Source: Psilocybe cubensis (taxonomy: Eukaryota). From it: 64,000 nucleotides of DNA. The translations under genes were made by a program, and so were the position numbers. Every line of letters begins with the position of its first letter. Position 1 is the first letter of the stretch. Location of the stretch: positions 2,108,001 to 2,172,000 of the forward strand of contig CM039004.1 in NCBI GenBank assembly GCA_017499595.2, given 5' to 3'. This document shows positions 1 through 12,547 of this stretch, piece by piece. The notes below the pieces were generated by a model. It searched no databases, was not told the DNA's origin, and saw only the letters and a list, made by a program, of their open reading frames with translations.

Positions 1-202
1 AGTATATAGTCACTCTAGTTTACATCCTGAAGTCCCCAGTTACTCACTTCGGACTTCAGGTTAGTTTGTTAGCACTTTGCTCAATTCACTCAGTTACTCA
101 CTTCGGACTTCAGACGCTTTGTGCTCGCTTATCCCTGCGCCCTACGTTCTATAACTAGGTCGCCGAGTAGCTCACACTGCCCCGAGCTCGCCTGCTTCAA
201 CA
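1..202. repeat. LTR fragment (copy 1, runs off window start)
   Basis: Ends ...gcttcaaca at 202; contains internal direct repeat cagttactcacttcggacttcag twice; direct copy at ~1585-1785. Confidence 0.75.
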
Positions 203-1358
203 ACTTGAGATTATATTGACATATAGACTGCTTAAATAAAAGCAGTTGTAATATCAACATCACATAACTTCAAGTCTCCAATGGCGGCCAGAGCCACAAT
301 CAAGCGGAAAATGGCAGGACAGAAAGTAGGAGCAAAGACTTCATGGTAATCAACACCAGGGCACTAACTATAGCCCTTGGCAATGATATAAGCCTTGTAG
401 CACTCTATACTACTACCATTTGCATTTTGCTTGATTTTAAATACCCAATCACAGCCAATTGTCTTTTGACCCAGAGAGAACTCAACTCATTTCCAAGTTT
501 GGTTGTGCTGCAACAGATTGAATTCTGTATTAGCAGCCTCTTTCCACATTTGCACATTAAGTGCTTTTATGGCCTGCTTAAATGTGCATAAATCTGTGCT
601 TGAAACAATCCCAGCAAACACCACCTTTTTAAATCCAGGATTATTGGCTTTAGGTGGTTTAAGATCATGTAAGACCTTTCATCATTCACCAGATTGCTTA
701 GGAATACAAATAGTGCGTCTCAGCATTGCAGAATCCACTAGAGCATACTGGCAATGTGCAGACTTAGGACGAGGTGCAGAAATGGGTGACTGGGTTGTAA
801 AATTCTTAGTTTTTATATTCAGTAAGATACCCAACAAAGATACACTTTGCCATATGAGGTAGCAATGATTTGCACTTATTTCTCTATATATAAACATATG
901 CAAGGCAATTCCAAACCCTCAAATGACAAACATTGGGTTTGCATTTATTTCAGCTCTTGTATGGAGTCTTGTATAGTAAAAAAACTGTAGGAATGCAATT
1001 CCATATATGTATGTATCCTGCAATATAACAACCCCAAACAAAGATGGTATATGAGCCTCATTGAGCATGGAAGTAACATATTTTACCATAGTGCAATTTG
1101 CATGCTCTGCAACTCTGTTCTGTTGTGGGCAATTTTGCATTGTATGATGACACTCAATACCACACTGATCAGTAAATTTAATGAAAGCATTTGACATGTA
1201 TTCACTAGTTTTGTCATCCTGTAGTACTTTGATCTTAAAGCCTAATTTGCTCTCAGCCCATGCTTTGGATGTTTGGAACATATTAAATGCATTGCTTTTG
1301 CGCTTAAGAAGCACATCAGCTCTACTTTTTGTATGGTTATCAATAAAGGTTATCTAGG
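203..1358 (-). pseudogene. Ty1/Copia pol fragment (integrase to RT start)
   Basis: Minus-strand CGIECHHTMQNCPQQNRVAEHANCTMV (integrase PQQNGVAER motif) and KGYS*CPGVDYHEVFAPTF...DVDITTAF (Copia RT); many stops. Confidence 0.85.
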
Positions 1359-1785
1359 AGTTGGAGGCCAGATAGGTCTTTTATATCTGACAAAATAATG
1401 CAAACAATGCTAAAACTGCTTTCTGTGTTTTCCTCATATTGCTATCTTATCAGATTAGATTACTTTCTTTTTTATTTTCATTTGCTCTCTAGACCATTCT
1501 AAACATAAGATATTTATCAGTCCATAGACTAGTCTGGACCAGACCAGAATAGATTTAGATAGACTGGAGTACTTAAATCTATACAGTATATGCTCACTCT
1601 AGTTTACATCTTGAAGTCCTAGTTACTTACTTTGGACCTTAGGTTAGTTTGTTAGAACTTTGCTCAATTCACCTAGTTACTTACTTTGGACTTCAGATGC
1701 TTTGTGCTTGTTTATCCCTGTACCCTATGTTTTATAATTAGATTGCCAAGTAGCTCACACTATTCCAAGCTCCCTTGCTTCAATA
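1359..1785. repeat. LTR (copy 2, more decayed)
   Basis: 1585-1785 aligns with 1-202 with most CpGs converted to TG/CA; left boundary approximate. Confidence 0.7.
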
Positions 1786-2399
1786 GCATTAGCTGTGTCT
1801 TTGTCAAATTGTTTTCCATATGATTAAGTTGCAGTTTATTGCTGGTAGCAACACTAGTATTTTAATGATACATTTAAGACAATACCTATGTGACTACTGT
1901 GTGATTGGTCACTCTTCTGCCAGCTGCGCATCTCAACTGCTTTCACTTGTCATTGTTGCTTTCTCCGCCTCCAGTTACTTTCTGCCACTCAATGTTAACA
2001 TTCACTAGCAAGCCACTGTTTTCTCAACATATCTACCTACCTACCTTTATTGTTAATGGGTAAGAATTTACCAATGCTTCTGTCAGAAATTAACATCACT
2101 CTGGCCGCTTACACAACATTGGATAAACAAAGGTCTGTGGGCAGGGTGATGGAAAGCAACATAGAAGAAACCCATGTAGAGGAGGCCCTGTTAGTATGTC
2201 CTACATATTTTCTTTTAAATCCAAGGTATTCAATCATACATTTACACCCAGTATAACAAGAGGGCCCCAAGCAATGGCAATATATCATTATTTCTACCTC
2301 TTCATTGACCACAACAAAACTATACTGAAAATTGCCACCACTTCCTCATTGATCTCAACAAAACGGCAGGATCCCTCTCTCCAGCCCCCACCTCTGCCT

Positions 2400-2860
2400 C
2401 TGCCTCTGCCTACCTTAATAAATCAACTACTCCAGGCTGCTGGTTTATCTTTCCTCCACTTCCCTCAAAGTCAAAGCTAGACAATGGCAATACCTCTAAC
2501 TCTGTCACCTTCTTTGATGACCAGAAGCTCAATGCTGCTAGTCTCTGTCCCTATTGCCACCCTATCTCTCTACTACTACTAGATGAAGCTGCTCGCTGCA
2601 AGACTGTTCACAAGTAGTGCATTGAGTCTAAGCAATATTGCCATGATGAGCTCAGAGAATGCTACTCTTGCCTCAAGGAATACCTCCCATCTAGTATGTA
2701 TTCCTTCTGATTTTTGAATAATTGTCAATCTCTTATCTTATTTATTCTCCAGCTATAAGCCACATATGGTATCTCAAAGCAGTTAAGGATCAGCTAAAAG
2801 TTTGTCTCAAGAGTACTAATACCACTAAAATTGCTCATTTTTGCCATGTTATAATGCAAT
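2400..2860 (+). pseudogene. Decayed bHLH transcription factor gene copy
   Basis: 2582-2693 reads DEAARCKTVHK*CIESKQYCHDELRECYSCLKEYLPS, which reverts by C>T/G>A changes to DEAARRKTVRKQRIESEQRRRDELRECYSRLKEYLP (basic region + helix 1); after an intron-like gap, ISHIWYLKAVKDQLKVCLKS (helix 2/zipper). Boundaries approximate. Confidence 0.7.
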
Positions 2861-3057
2861 TGAAGCCCTGCGGATACATCCTGTAGACAATATAAGTATA
2901 TTCATGACTGAATACATTGTGACAAGGTGTGTAGTCCATGCTATGTGTATTGTTAAAAGAGATTCTACTAATGATACTTAAGGTCCTGTTCAGTACAGAT
3001 CAGTTTTGGTTGCAGTGCGCATTTCAGTTGCACATGTGACATTATATAATCTGATCA

Positions 3058-4390
3058 ATGTCACTTCCTAACCATTTCAATGATTCTAACATTGAGTCTG
3101 GCCGGCTTTGCCTGGCATTTGCTACAGCCTTATTTTTTGTAAACACTATGGCTTCTGCAGCTAAACTGTTCAGTACACCATTCTATGTCAACACTCCCAT
3201 TCTATATCAAGACTCCTTACTATACATCTATCCTTATTGGACATGCATAGGTACAAGAACTTTTTCAAGACCATCTTAACCAAATGAAGAATAAACTAGG
3301 GATGAAACCACATGTTTTTAAGACTCTTGTCAAGGCTTTATGTTCTACTGGATTACAAGACTCATGACACATCACCCTTGAAGAGTATCTGGCTATTTTT
3401 CTCTATACTTGTGTTACTGGTCTTTCAATCCAACATGTTGGAAAGCAATTTCAACATGCAAATAGAACTATATCAAGGTAAGCATAAGATTTTATTATGG
3501 ATATGTCTTTTGTAATCATTATATCCAGATCATTTCACATAATCTTATATATACTGTTTTCAAGCCCTTTTTATACAACTTACGTCAAACTTCCGGCCAC
3601 ATCTAATAATTAGATCAAATCCAAAGTTTTTTCCATTTTTTGAAAATGCTATTGGAGCTATAGATGGAACACATATAAACTGCTGTCCTTCTGCGGAAGA
3701 ACATCAATTTCACAAAATTGCAAAGGTGGTGTATCTCAAAATATACTTGCTTGTTGTGGCTTTGATTTGTAATTTCAATATATGCTTAGTGGTTGGGACA
3801 GGTGTGCTACAGATGCTAGTATGTATAACAATACACGTCTTTCTGATCTTACTATTTTGGATAGAAAATATTATTTGGCGGATGCAGGTTTTAGAATATG
3901 TGATTCACTTTTGGTTCTATATTGGAGTATTCATTATTATTTAGCAGAGTAGGGACAGGCTTCAGTTTGGTGAGTAATTTTATATAACTTTATTGTTTAC
4001 AATATAAATTATATTTTGTGGATCAGTAACAAAAGAAGAATTATACAATCTCTGACATGCATCCGCAAGAAACGTTATTGAATCTATTTTTGGTATTTTT
4101 AAAAGGCAATTCATAATTTTGGTCTATCCACCCAAATTTAGTATAGATATTTAAGCTCATATTCCTCCTGCTCTTACTGCTATACACAATTTTATTTGCA
4201 ACCATAATCCTGAAGAAATTTTAGACTTTGTCAATTTTACAAATGTTCAGTATAACGATTATAGTGTTCTTAGAAATAGACCTCCTTGTTAAGCGGAAGT
4301 TTTATGTGCAACTTCAAAAAGGGATAAAATAGCAGAGGCTATATGGAAAAGCTATTAAGCATTGACAAGTAGATTTGGATTAGAATAATA
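3058..4390 (+). pseudogene. Harbinger (HARBI1/DDE_Tnp_4-type) transposase
   Basis: FENAIGAIDGTHINC, YMLSGWD, KYYLADAGF, then after an intron EELYNL*HASARNVIE; stops and frameshifts. Confidence 0.88.
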
Positions 4391-4409
4391 ATCAAGTACT
4401 ATAAATTAA

Positions 4410-4720
4410 CTATTCTTCTTCCTCCATATCTTTTGTGTGCCTTTTAACCCATGCCTCTCAAATACCATTGTCTATCAATGAAAGATATGTATCTGCCATA
4501 CTAACATCAGCTTGAAACAAATTAATCAAAGCCACTTTACGGCTATGAAACAGTTGCATTTCAAGCTGCTGTACATGTTTCATAGCCCAAGTCTTCCTAG
4601 AAGGAGTTGCTTCAACATTACTTCTCTTTCCAACAAAAGCCTCTCTAAACACATTTGTAAATTCATTAAAACAACTGTTCATACCATATAAGGCTATAGC
4701 ACTAGATGGATGCTTGTCCT
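4410..4720 (-). pseudogene. C-terminal part of probable Harbinger accessory (Myb/SANT-type) protein
   Basis: ORF 4458-4682 (ATPSRKTWAMKHVQQLE...VALINLFQADVSMADTYLSL) convergent with the transposase, the usual Harbinger layout; Myb domain itself not present. Confidence 0.5.
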
Positions 4721-4859
4721 TGCCCCTATATTTGGCCCCTAGGTCTATAAATAATGCTCATCCTATACTACTTTTGTGTATTGCTGGCAATGGATTGGGG
4801 GCTTTTGGGTGCATTTCTGGACCTTTTTCCTTGGTGCTTTTAGTAGACCTATAGTTTTA

Positions 4860-5751
4860 AGGTGTCCCAATCCGAATCTGAAATCAAAATTACAATATCT
4901 TTACTCATTATTGTGCAATTAAGCGTACAATGTTTTGGTCAAAAAGTGTACCTTAAATAGCACCCTCCAGGGGCTGGTATATGTTCTTTTGACTATGCAA
5001 TTATTTTTTATTTCTGTTAGGTAGAGTACATGCCAAGTTTTAGCTTAATTAGAGCAGTGGAACCTATTGAATTAGGATGTGTACTCTATCCCTTCCCTTA
5101 CCCATTGTATGAATGCCTTTTTGATAAAATAGCTTCAGGCCTAGCTAGGATTGGTTAGGCGCCTATTATACCAATTTTTAAAGCCCAAAATCTTGGTGCA
5201 ACTCTAAGATTGAAGAATACTACTCCTTATCCTCTCCAGAATTTGTATATTTTATTATGAGATGAAATGGCTATTTCTAGCACATATAGGTATATAATGC
5301 TGCTCTATATAATACCACAAATGCAATACATATTTTTGAAACATTCTGGATGAAGTAAAATACCTTGGTTATGAGGCAAACAAGAAGGGGTTAAGTTTCT
5401 ATCATAATATTAGTATATCACTGCTTATTCTTCACCAAAATGTACATATTATACATATACAGATAGTTTTTAATGTACTCTACATATTATATTCAGAGTG
5501 CTAAAAAGCAAAAATACTTCATAAGATGGTACAAGAAGAATAAGCAATATTGTCTAAAAATATCAAAAAAGCAAAATATGATGGGAAAGACAACATCTAA
5601 AACATATTCAAATAGTATAGCTGTTTATTTCCAAATGACATCTATTTGTGATATATAGAATTATGAAAATCCAATGAGTCTGAGCTGAGATATGTCAAAA
5701 TGTATCTCGGAGAAAGGCTAAAAAGGTGATCACAAACAAAGCATAAATAAA
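4860..5751. repeat. Non-coding relic homologous to the interior of the foldback element
   Basis: 4920-5250 matches the reverse complement of ~14990-15300; 5660-5750 (ctgagatatgtcaaaatgtat...cacaaacaaag) matches the reverse complement of ~14470-14560. Confidence 0.6.
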
Positions 5752-6104
5752 TGTGACAGAAGTAACTATTATGACTGGGAGGTAACAATAGTATCATTCT
5801 AGCAATATAGAAAGATTGAGTAGCAAAGCTTTAGCACTGGTAAAACAGGTAAAATGTATTTATTGTTCATTAGGAATCTACAGTAGAAACACACATGTAT
5901 TTATACTATAGGACTTGCTAGCTAATATAATTAGAGTCCAAATAAAGTAACAAGGCCAAAGAAAAAATGGGAGATAAATAAGATAGATCCTAGCCAATGG
6001 TAATCTAATCAGTCTGGGTGTATTAGCAGAATGAGAATGAAGTCAAAACATAGATAAGATAAAAGAAAAGATAATGAAGATGGAAAAAGTTTAGGAATGT
6101 CATA
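5752..6104 (-). repeat. 3' LTR of Gypsy element A
   Basis: Termini tgtgaca...tgtcata (decayed inverted ends); lies downstream of the minus-strand pol. Confidence 0.6.
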
Positions 6105-9100
6105 TATGCCCTCTGGGTATTGTTGAAGCAATGCCCAATAAATAAGTAAAAGAAAACAGAATGGAGATTTAAATGATAGTGGAATTTGAAGGTCTAGCCT
6201 GAAAAGCAGATAAGTTATGGAAAGGATTGTTGCAATTATTGCAAGAAAAACACAATTTAATGCCCGTGGAAGCCTGCTTGTGCTTAAAATTGTGTTTGTA
6301 GAAGTATTGATTGTTTTGCTTGCGGTGCACAATTTTGGCAGAAGCAGACAGCAAGAGCATGTTGTTAAAAAGGCGTCCGGCACTGTGAGATATATTGAAT
6401 AACTTGGGATTAATATTAGGCAAAATGCAAGAATTGCAAGAAGTTAGAGTTGGGTTGGGACAAATGGATTGCACAACGTGAGGGACAGGCATGGTAAATA
6501 GTTTGAGTGTAATAGGAACACCATCCATAATATAGTGGCAGATGATATTGTTCCAAAAAGCAAAGTGCTTGGATTCTACTGCATAGATATTAAACAACTG
6601 AGAGATGGCTGGGTATCCGTAAGAAATGTATGATAAAGCAATAGTAGGGTTGACTTGAGCGCAGAGCTTGCTATCATAAGCACAGAAAATCAATAAGAGT
6701 TTGGTAGTAATGGCTTGCTGAGCATCAAACTCAGTAAATCCAACCTGTAGTTCAAAAAATACAAAATAATTTTAGGTGATGCGACAAACTCCAGGGTGAG
6801 AAATAGTGGGAAGCAATAAAAAAAACAGGGTATCTGTAACCGTGGTGGGTAGCGCAACAGGTCTGACAGCAGGTTCAGCAATAGTAGGTATAGTGGGCGG
6901 GTTAACTTCAACACTGTTGACAGGGGTAGTAGTTGGATTTGCAGGAGGAGCGGCAATGGGGATAGAGTTAAAGGTGTTGGATAAAGAAAAAGCTTGGTTG
7001 AAGAAGAGGTTAATATTAAAATTGGGGTCTAAGAAGTGTGATAGGATCAATAAAAGCAGGGAATAATTTTAACAAAGAAAAAACAAAAATGAATAAAGGA
7101 TTTATGAGTTTTTGGGAGGGGTAAAGGATACACAGAGTGAAGAAAGACTTGAGAATCATTGGTTATTGGTTTGCCATGCCTCTTTGGTAGTTGTGATATT
7201 TTGTCAATACCAAGAAGTTCTAAATATGCTTTGAAAGCTAGTAAGTCAGCAATTCTGTCATAGTGAAGCCATGTAATATTACTAGATTTTCATTCTACCT
7301 CAAAAAATAAGTTTTCACCCAATCCAAAGTGGGATTTAATATTCTTAATATCCCATTTGGTTCCAGGTGCATCTACTGAGTTTATCTGCTCATCCAATCT
7401 TCCAGGGAATAGCCAGTCATCATTAGCATAATGTATCTGTAATAAAGAGGCATAGAATACATTATGCACACCCCGTTGCTTAAGAAAATTAGACAGGTTA
7501 AGCTTGTAAGATTGATTACTATAGTCTTCCAATATCTTGTAAGGGCCAATATATTTGGGTATTAGCTTTTGAGCCAATCCTTTAGGGAATCCTTTAGGGA
7601 ATATGATATTTTTAGTTGATATATATACTAGATCTCCTTCCACAAATGGAGATAATTGACATTTTCTATTTGCGTCCCAAATTTGTTTGACACGTGCCAC
7701 CAGAATACTATTATGAGCAGACATTATGGCTAATTTTTTTTGCAGTGCAAAGTTTCTGACTGAGGGATATTCTAATTTATCCGCAGAATTTCAGATTATA
7801 AGCTGTGGCATTTGTCCAATATTGAGGAAAAAGAGTGTGTATTTAGTACTTTTAAATCTGGCTAAATTGATAGCAAACTCAATTCTAGATAATTTGGATA
7901 CCCAGTCAGTTTGTTTCCCATTTACACACTTCCGCAGCATTTGATTTATTGTTTTATTAGCTTGTTCCGTAGATCCATCCATTTGAGGGTAATATGCACC
8001 GGACATTTTAAAATTTGTCTCAACAAGTTGATTGAGATGAGTCTAGAATATGCTGATAAACCACACATCTTGATCACTAATAATATTACAAGGTAAACCA
8101 TGCAATTTATATACATGTTCAAAGACTAATTCTGCAACTTGCTTTGCAGTGTAATTTGTCCTGCTTGGAATGAAGTATACCATACTTATTAATAGACAAA
8201 TTACAACAGTTATTGAATTATATACACCGTCCCAATTCTTAGACTCAGATAATGGTCTAATAAAGTCCATTCCAATAGATTTCCAAGGTGTTCTGGGAAT
8301 AAGTAATGGATTTAATAAACCATAAGGTTTCTGATTGCTGGGCTTACTCATTTTGCATGTTGAGCATGTTTCACAGAATAATTTTATATTGGACACCATG
8401 TCCTTCTACCAAACATGGCTTCTTAGATAGTCAATAGTTGTAGCAGCACCTAAATGTGCAAGTACAAACTGGGCTTTAGATATGATGATTTCTTTTATAC
8501 TCCTGCCTTTGGTGATTATTCTAGGTATACAAAGTAGTAATTTGTCTTTTTCTTTCAGAAATATAAGTCCATCTTTTACTTCAAAGTTTTGGAACTCTTT
8601 AGGTTCCTTGAAAATTTGTCCAAAGAAGAAGTCTGAGGAGTATTGGTTGCATATTTCCTCAACTACATCAAACCCATTTACTGCTAATGATGCTAAGTCC
8701 AATAGACTTGGCAGGTCTTGGCTCTTGGCATTGTGATCCAAGCTGGGCAAGTCTGTGGCCTGTTCCATTTTTGGAACATTATTTTCCAAATGGATTACTG
8801 CGGACTTTTTACAAGCCAATAATTTGATTATCAGTTTTTCTAAGGTACATTGGGCTATATTTAAGTCTTTTGCAATATTCTTGCCCTCTTTTTGCTTGCT
8901 AGGAGGCTTGAGAACAAAATGCCTGCCCATATGTGTAGCAAACTCTTTCAAAGTTTCAAGACAATTCATTTCAGCAGGCAGCATGGTTTTCTGTAGACAT
9001 AAGGTATGTGAAGCCACCTTTGCTTCTATGCCTGCTAATATAGACATAGTGCTATTTTTAACTTTGCCTTTGTTGTCAACAATATCATGGTATGAGTATT

Positions 9101-9540
9101 TGCTGTGTGTGCATACTGTTCTAGGTGAGTTATTTAAGTATATGCACAATAATGTGTCTGCAACAATATTTTCACTGCCTGGTATATAAAAGACTTCAAA
9201 TTCAAACAAAAATATTTTCTTAAGCTAATGCGCTTGTCTTTTAGAAAGGTTCTTTTGATTCAGTAAATGAATTAAGCCCTTATAATCCATAACCCATTTG
9301 AACTTGACCTTTTGCAGGATCTCGCAATGCCAAAGCATCATTTTAATACCCACAAACATTTCAATTTTATGAGTAGGGTAATTTTGTTGGGCAAAATTGA
9401 GTTTGGCTGAGTAGAAGGCTGCTACTTTTGCTATTGTTCAGTCCTTGTTTTGACTTACAAGGCCTGAAATTCTAATTGCACACACATCTGTGACCATCTA
9501 CACAGTAGGAGCGGTGGGCAAATAGTCAAGCAGCACTCAA
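5752..9540 (-). mobile_element. Ty3/Gypsy element A (5'-truncated): RNase H, integrase, chromodomain-like C-terminus, extra 3' ORF
   Basis: FYIPGSENIVADTL (RNase H end), LAHLG...CSTC zinc finger, PWKSIGMDFI, IISDQD, YPQMDGSTE, YIGPYKI (GPY/F), WDIKNIKSHFGLGENLFFEVE* (chromodomain-like). Confidence 0.9.
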
Positions 9541-10457
9541 TGATGCTCATGCTGAAGAGACAAGGAATTGGCTACATGTATAAATGCTCAATTTTTGGCA
9601 TTTTTTATGTATATAAGTACACACTCTTGCATACAAAGGATGGAAGAAACCAATTATTAAGCGTGTTGTCTAACATTGAAGGGTGTGTTACCGCTATGAA
9701 TATAGTTATACACAACTGGGTACTATGTACTTTATGTACCATTAAGACTACCATCTATAGTAAATATGTGTATTCTAGCCAAAAACGTGAGGGAAGCAAC
9801 AGCAATAGTGGATAAGAGCTTACATATTAAGCACTCTTATTATTAGTACTTAATTAGGATGATAATTGCCTAATGGGGAAAAATTCTTGTTCAGTATCTT
9901 GAAGCTAAAATTGTATGTTCTTTGTAGGTTCTCATACATGATAAACATAATACTATTTAGGTTATTAGCCTAAAGCATGATTATAACGAGTCTCAAACCT
10001 TAATGTAGTGCATTCTGCAGTCATTGACCTAAGATATTAAACTATCTTTGTAACAAGCAGTATGACTAAGCCCCCGGCTTCTAGGTGTCTGTCTAAAACA
10101 CTGTTGTATTCTCTAAGTGCCATTACATGGACTTCTGGCAAACTGGCATAAAGAATAAGCGGCCTGATATTATTTATATATTGGAAAATGGAAGAATAAA
10201 GGAATAATTACAAAAAGCGCCTAGTCAGGATGAGTCGTTAGTGCAAGTGCGGGTTGGCATATTGCTGATGTAATCATCAATTTAGACAAATAGGAGCACT
10301 TAGTCACTAGAAGGAATGAATATAGACTACTGCCTTATAAGTCTGACTCGTTGTGTGCAACAATTGTGTTAGTAATAATTGTTTGTATAATGTAATAAGT
10401 ATTTAGTAAAAAAACTGAGTCATATACTGTACAAAGTGTCAAGAATGAGGCTACGTA

Positions 10458-12062
10458 CAGTGGGCAAAAAAACTGTTCGAGTGTTGGTCACGCATGAAAA
10501 AATTAATTTATAACTTTGAAATTAAAAATGTTAAAAATATGAGATTATTCACAGATATACTATATGGTGTTAGCTAAAGGATGACATACTGATCATGTGA
10601 TTTGTCCAAGAATTGACCAAACAGCAGCATACACAATTTGCTAAGTCATTCAAACAGTTTTTTTGCTAGTAATTTAAATGCTATAAACTATGTATTATCA
10701 CATGACTTTGTTGATATACCAAACAACTATCAATAAAATCATGTGACTACATGTTGAATAGGTATATAATAGCTACAACCAACCTCTTTATCCCCCCAAT
10801 CAAGCATGAAACCCCTTTCTAAAGCAACCATTGCTACTATTGTCTCTCTTCTTACTTCTAGTCACTCCTATGCCTCTATCAAGGCCCAGACTGGAGCTAG
10901 TGCTGGTTCTATCACCAAGATTTGCCAAGACTACTGTCCTGAGGCAGTGGTTTCCCATGGAGGACGCCCAAAGAAACTGACTGGTGCCAATATCACCTAT
11001 ACCAAGTGTGGAATTCGAACTGGACAAATCAAGAATGCTGTGCAAGCTGCCAAGTCTCTGGCTACTATTAATGGCCAGAATATCAGTCCTCAAACAGTTA
11101 GGAATGCACTCAAATCAACTGGCATGGTCTCAGTGGCAAAACAAAAGAAGCCTTTGTTATCAAAAAAGCATAGGAGGGCTAGATTGGAGTTTGCAGAAAG
11201 GCACTTGGAGTGGACTGTGGATGACTGGGCAAGGGTCTAGTGGTCAGATGAGACCAAAATCAACAGATTGGGTTCAGATGGTAGAGATCAGGTGTGGATA
11301 GACAAGGAAAACAGACAGGACCCCAGGAGGATCAAGCAAACTGTGAAGTTTGGAGGAGAAAACTTGATGATGTGGGGTTGTATGGGATAGGAAGGAATTG
11401 GATTTGCCATTAGAATTGATGGGAAGATGGATGCTCAGTTATATACTGAGATCCTAGGTAATGAGCTCCTAAAATTCTTGGAGTGGTATGGTCAATAGGT
11501 GGAAGAGATCCACTTTCAGCAAGACAATGACCCCAAGCACACCTCAAAATTGGCCAAGAAATGGTTTGAAGAGCAGAATTTTAGGGTCCTCATATGGCCT
11601 GCACAATCTCCAGATCTCAACCCCATTGAACATCTATGGGAATACCTCAAAAGAAGACTTAATGAACATGAAGTCCCACCAAAGGGTATTCATGAACTTT
11701 GGAAGAGGGTTGAGAAGGAATGGAATGGAATACCCAAGGAAGTGGTGCAGAATTTGATTGCTAGCATGCCTAGAAGGTGTGCAGCAGTGATTAAGGCCAA
11801 GGGTGGACATACAAAGTACTAGTAAATATGATTTATTGATACTCAAGTGTTTAGTAAAAAAACTGTTCGAATGACTTAGCAAACTGTATATGCTCCTGTT
11901 TGGTCAATTCTTGGAAAAATCACATGATCAGTGTGCCATCCTTTAGCTAATACCCTTTAGTATACCTGTGAATAATCTCATATTTTTAACATTTTTAATT
12001 TCAAAGTTATAAATTAATCTTTTCATATGTGACCAACACTTGAACGGTTTTTTTGCCCACTG
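10458..12062 (+). mobile_element. Tc1-family (DD34E) DNA transposon, full length, ~210-bp TIRs, TA flanks
   Basis: TA|cagtgggcaaaaaaactgttcga...tgaacggtttttttgcccactg|TA; TIRs ~10458-10669 and ~11852-12062. Confidence 0.95.
10806..11822 (+). pseudogene. Tc1 transposase with three in-frame TAG stops
   Basis: GGRPKKL linker, WSDETK, FQQDNDPKH, WPAQSPDLNPIE with 34 residues between second D and E; stops at ~11238, ~11388, ~11496. Confidence 0.93.
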
Positions 12063-12064
12063 TA

Positions 12065-12547
12065 TGCTGTTGACATCTTGACTTTTACGTCTAGTAGTTT
12101 GCAGATTGCCGCCCAGAGTTCTAAGGTAAAAATCACATCGCAATCACAAATGAGTTCATCCATCAATCCATTTTTGCAGATCCAATGATCTACCACCGCT
12201 TTTGCAATTTGTTTGGCATTCCATGATGAGTGTGTTGGGACAATCTAAATGTCGGTGCCTAATCTGCATGTCATTGTCAAAATTGTATCTTATTCCCTCT
12301 CTTCTGGGAGCGGTCCAATGAAATCCAAAGCAACTGATGTAAGTCGTTTATTGGGAACTGGCAAGGGTTGCAACGGTCCTGCCGGTCTTGATGTTCTGTC
12401 TTTATTTCTCTGACACTCTGTGCACAAAGGGATGTATGCCTTTTTGAGATCTTTCCGCATGTTTGGCCAGTAATACAAATCATGTAGCGTGTCATACAAT
12501 TTGTCAAAGCCAAAATGTCCCATTGCGTTATGTGCCAAAAAATAGAG
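12065..12547 (-). pseudogene. Gypsy B integrase (N-terminal part)
   Basis: AHNAMGHFG...YYWPNMRKDL...CTECQRNK...PLQPLPVP...VALDFIGPLP, ending at KMSTAY at the Tc1 junction. Confidence 0.9.

Larger units (their letters stand above)
2982..4740 (+). mobile_element. PIF/Harbinger DNA transposon relic (right end lost)
   Basis: TAA followed by ggtcctgttc (PIF-like terminus); DDE transposase on + and a convergent second ORF on -. Confidence 0.75.

Noticed and set aside
1-1785. One intact small LTR element bounded by the two LTR copies
   Set aside because: The interior is a mid-pol fragment abutting both LTRs with no PBS or PPT, and the copies differ greatly in decay; more likely independent insertions or deletion products.
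9541-10400. Possible solo LTR truncating Gypsy A
   Set aside because: Begins with TG and is non-coding, but no second copy, TSD or clear end could be found.
10397-10417. aagtatttagtaaaaaaactg resembling the inner end of the Tc1 right TIR (~11845-11866)
   Set aside because: Short, A-rich and overlapping the LTR-like match; chance similarity cannot be excluded.
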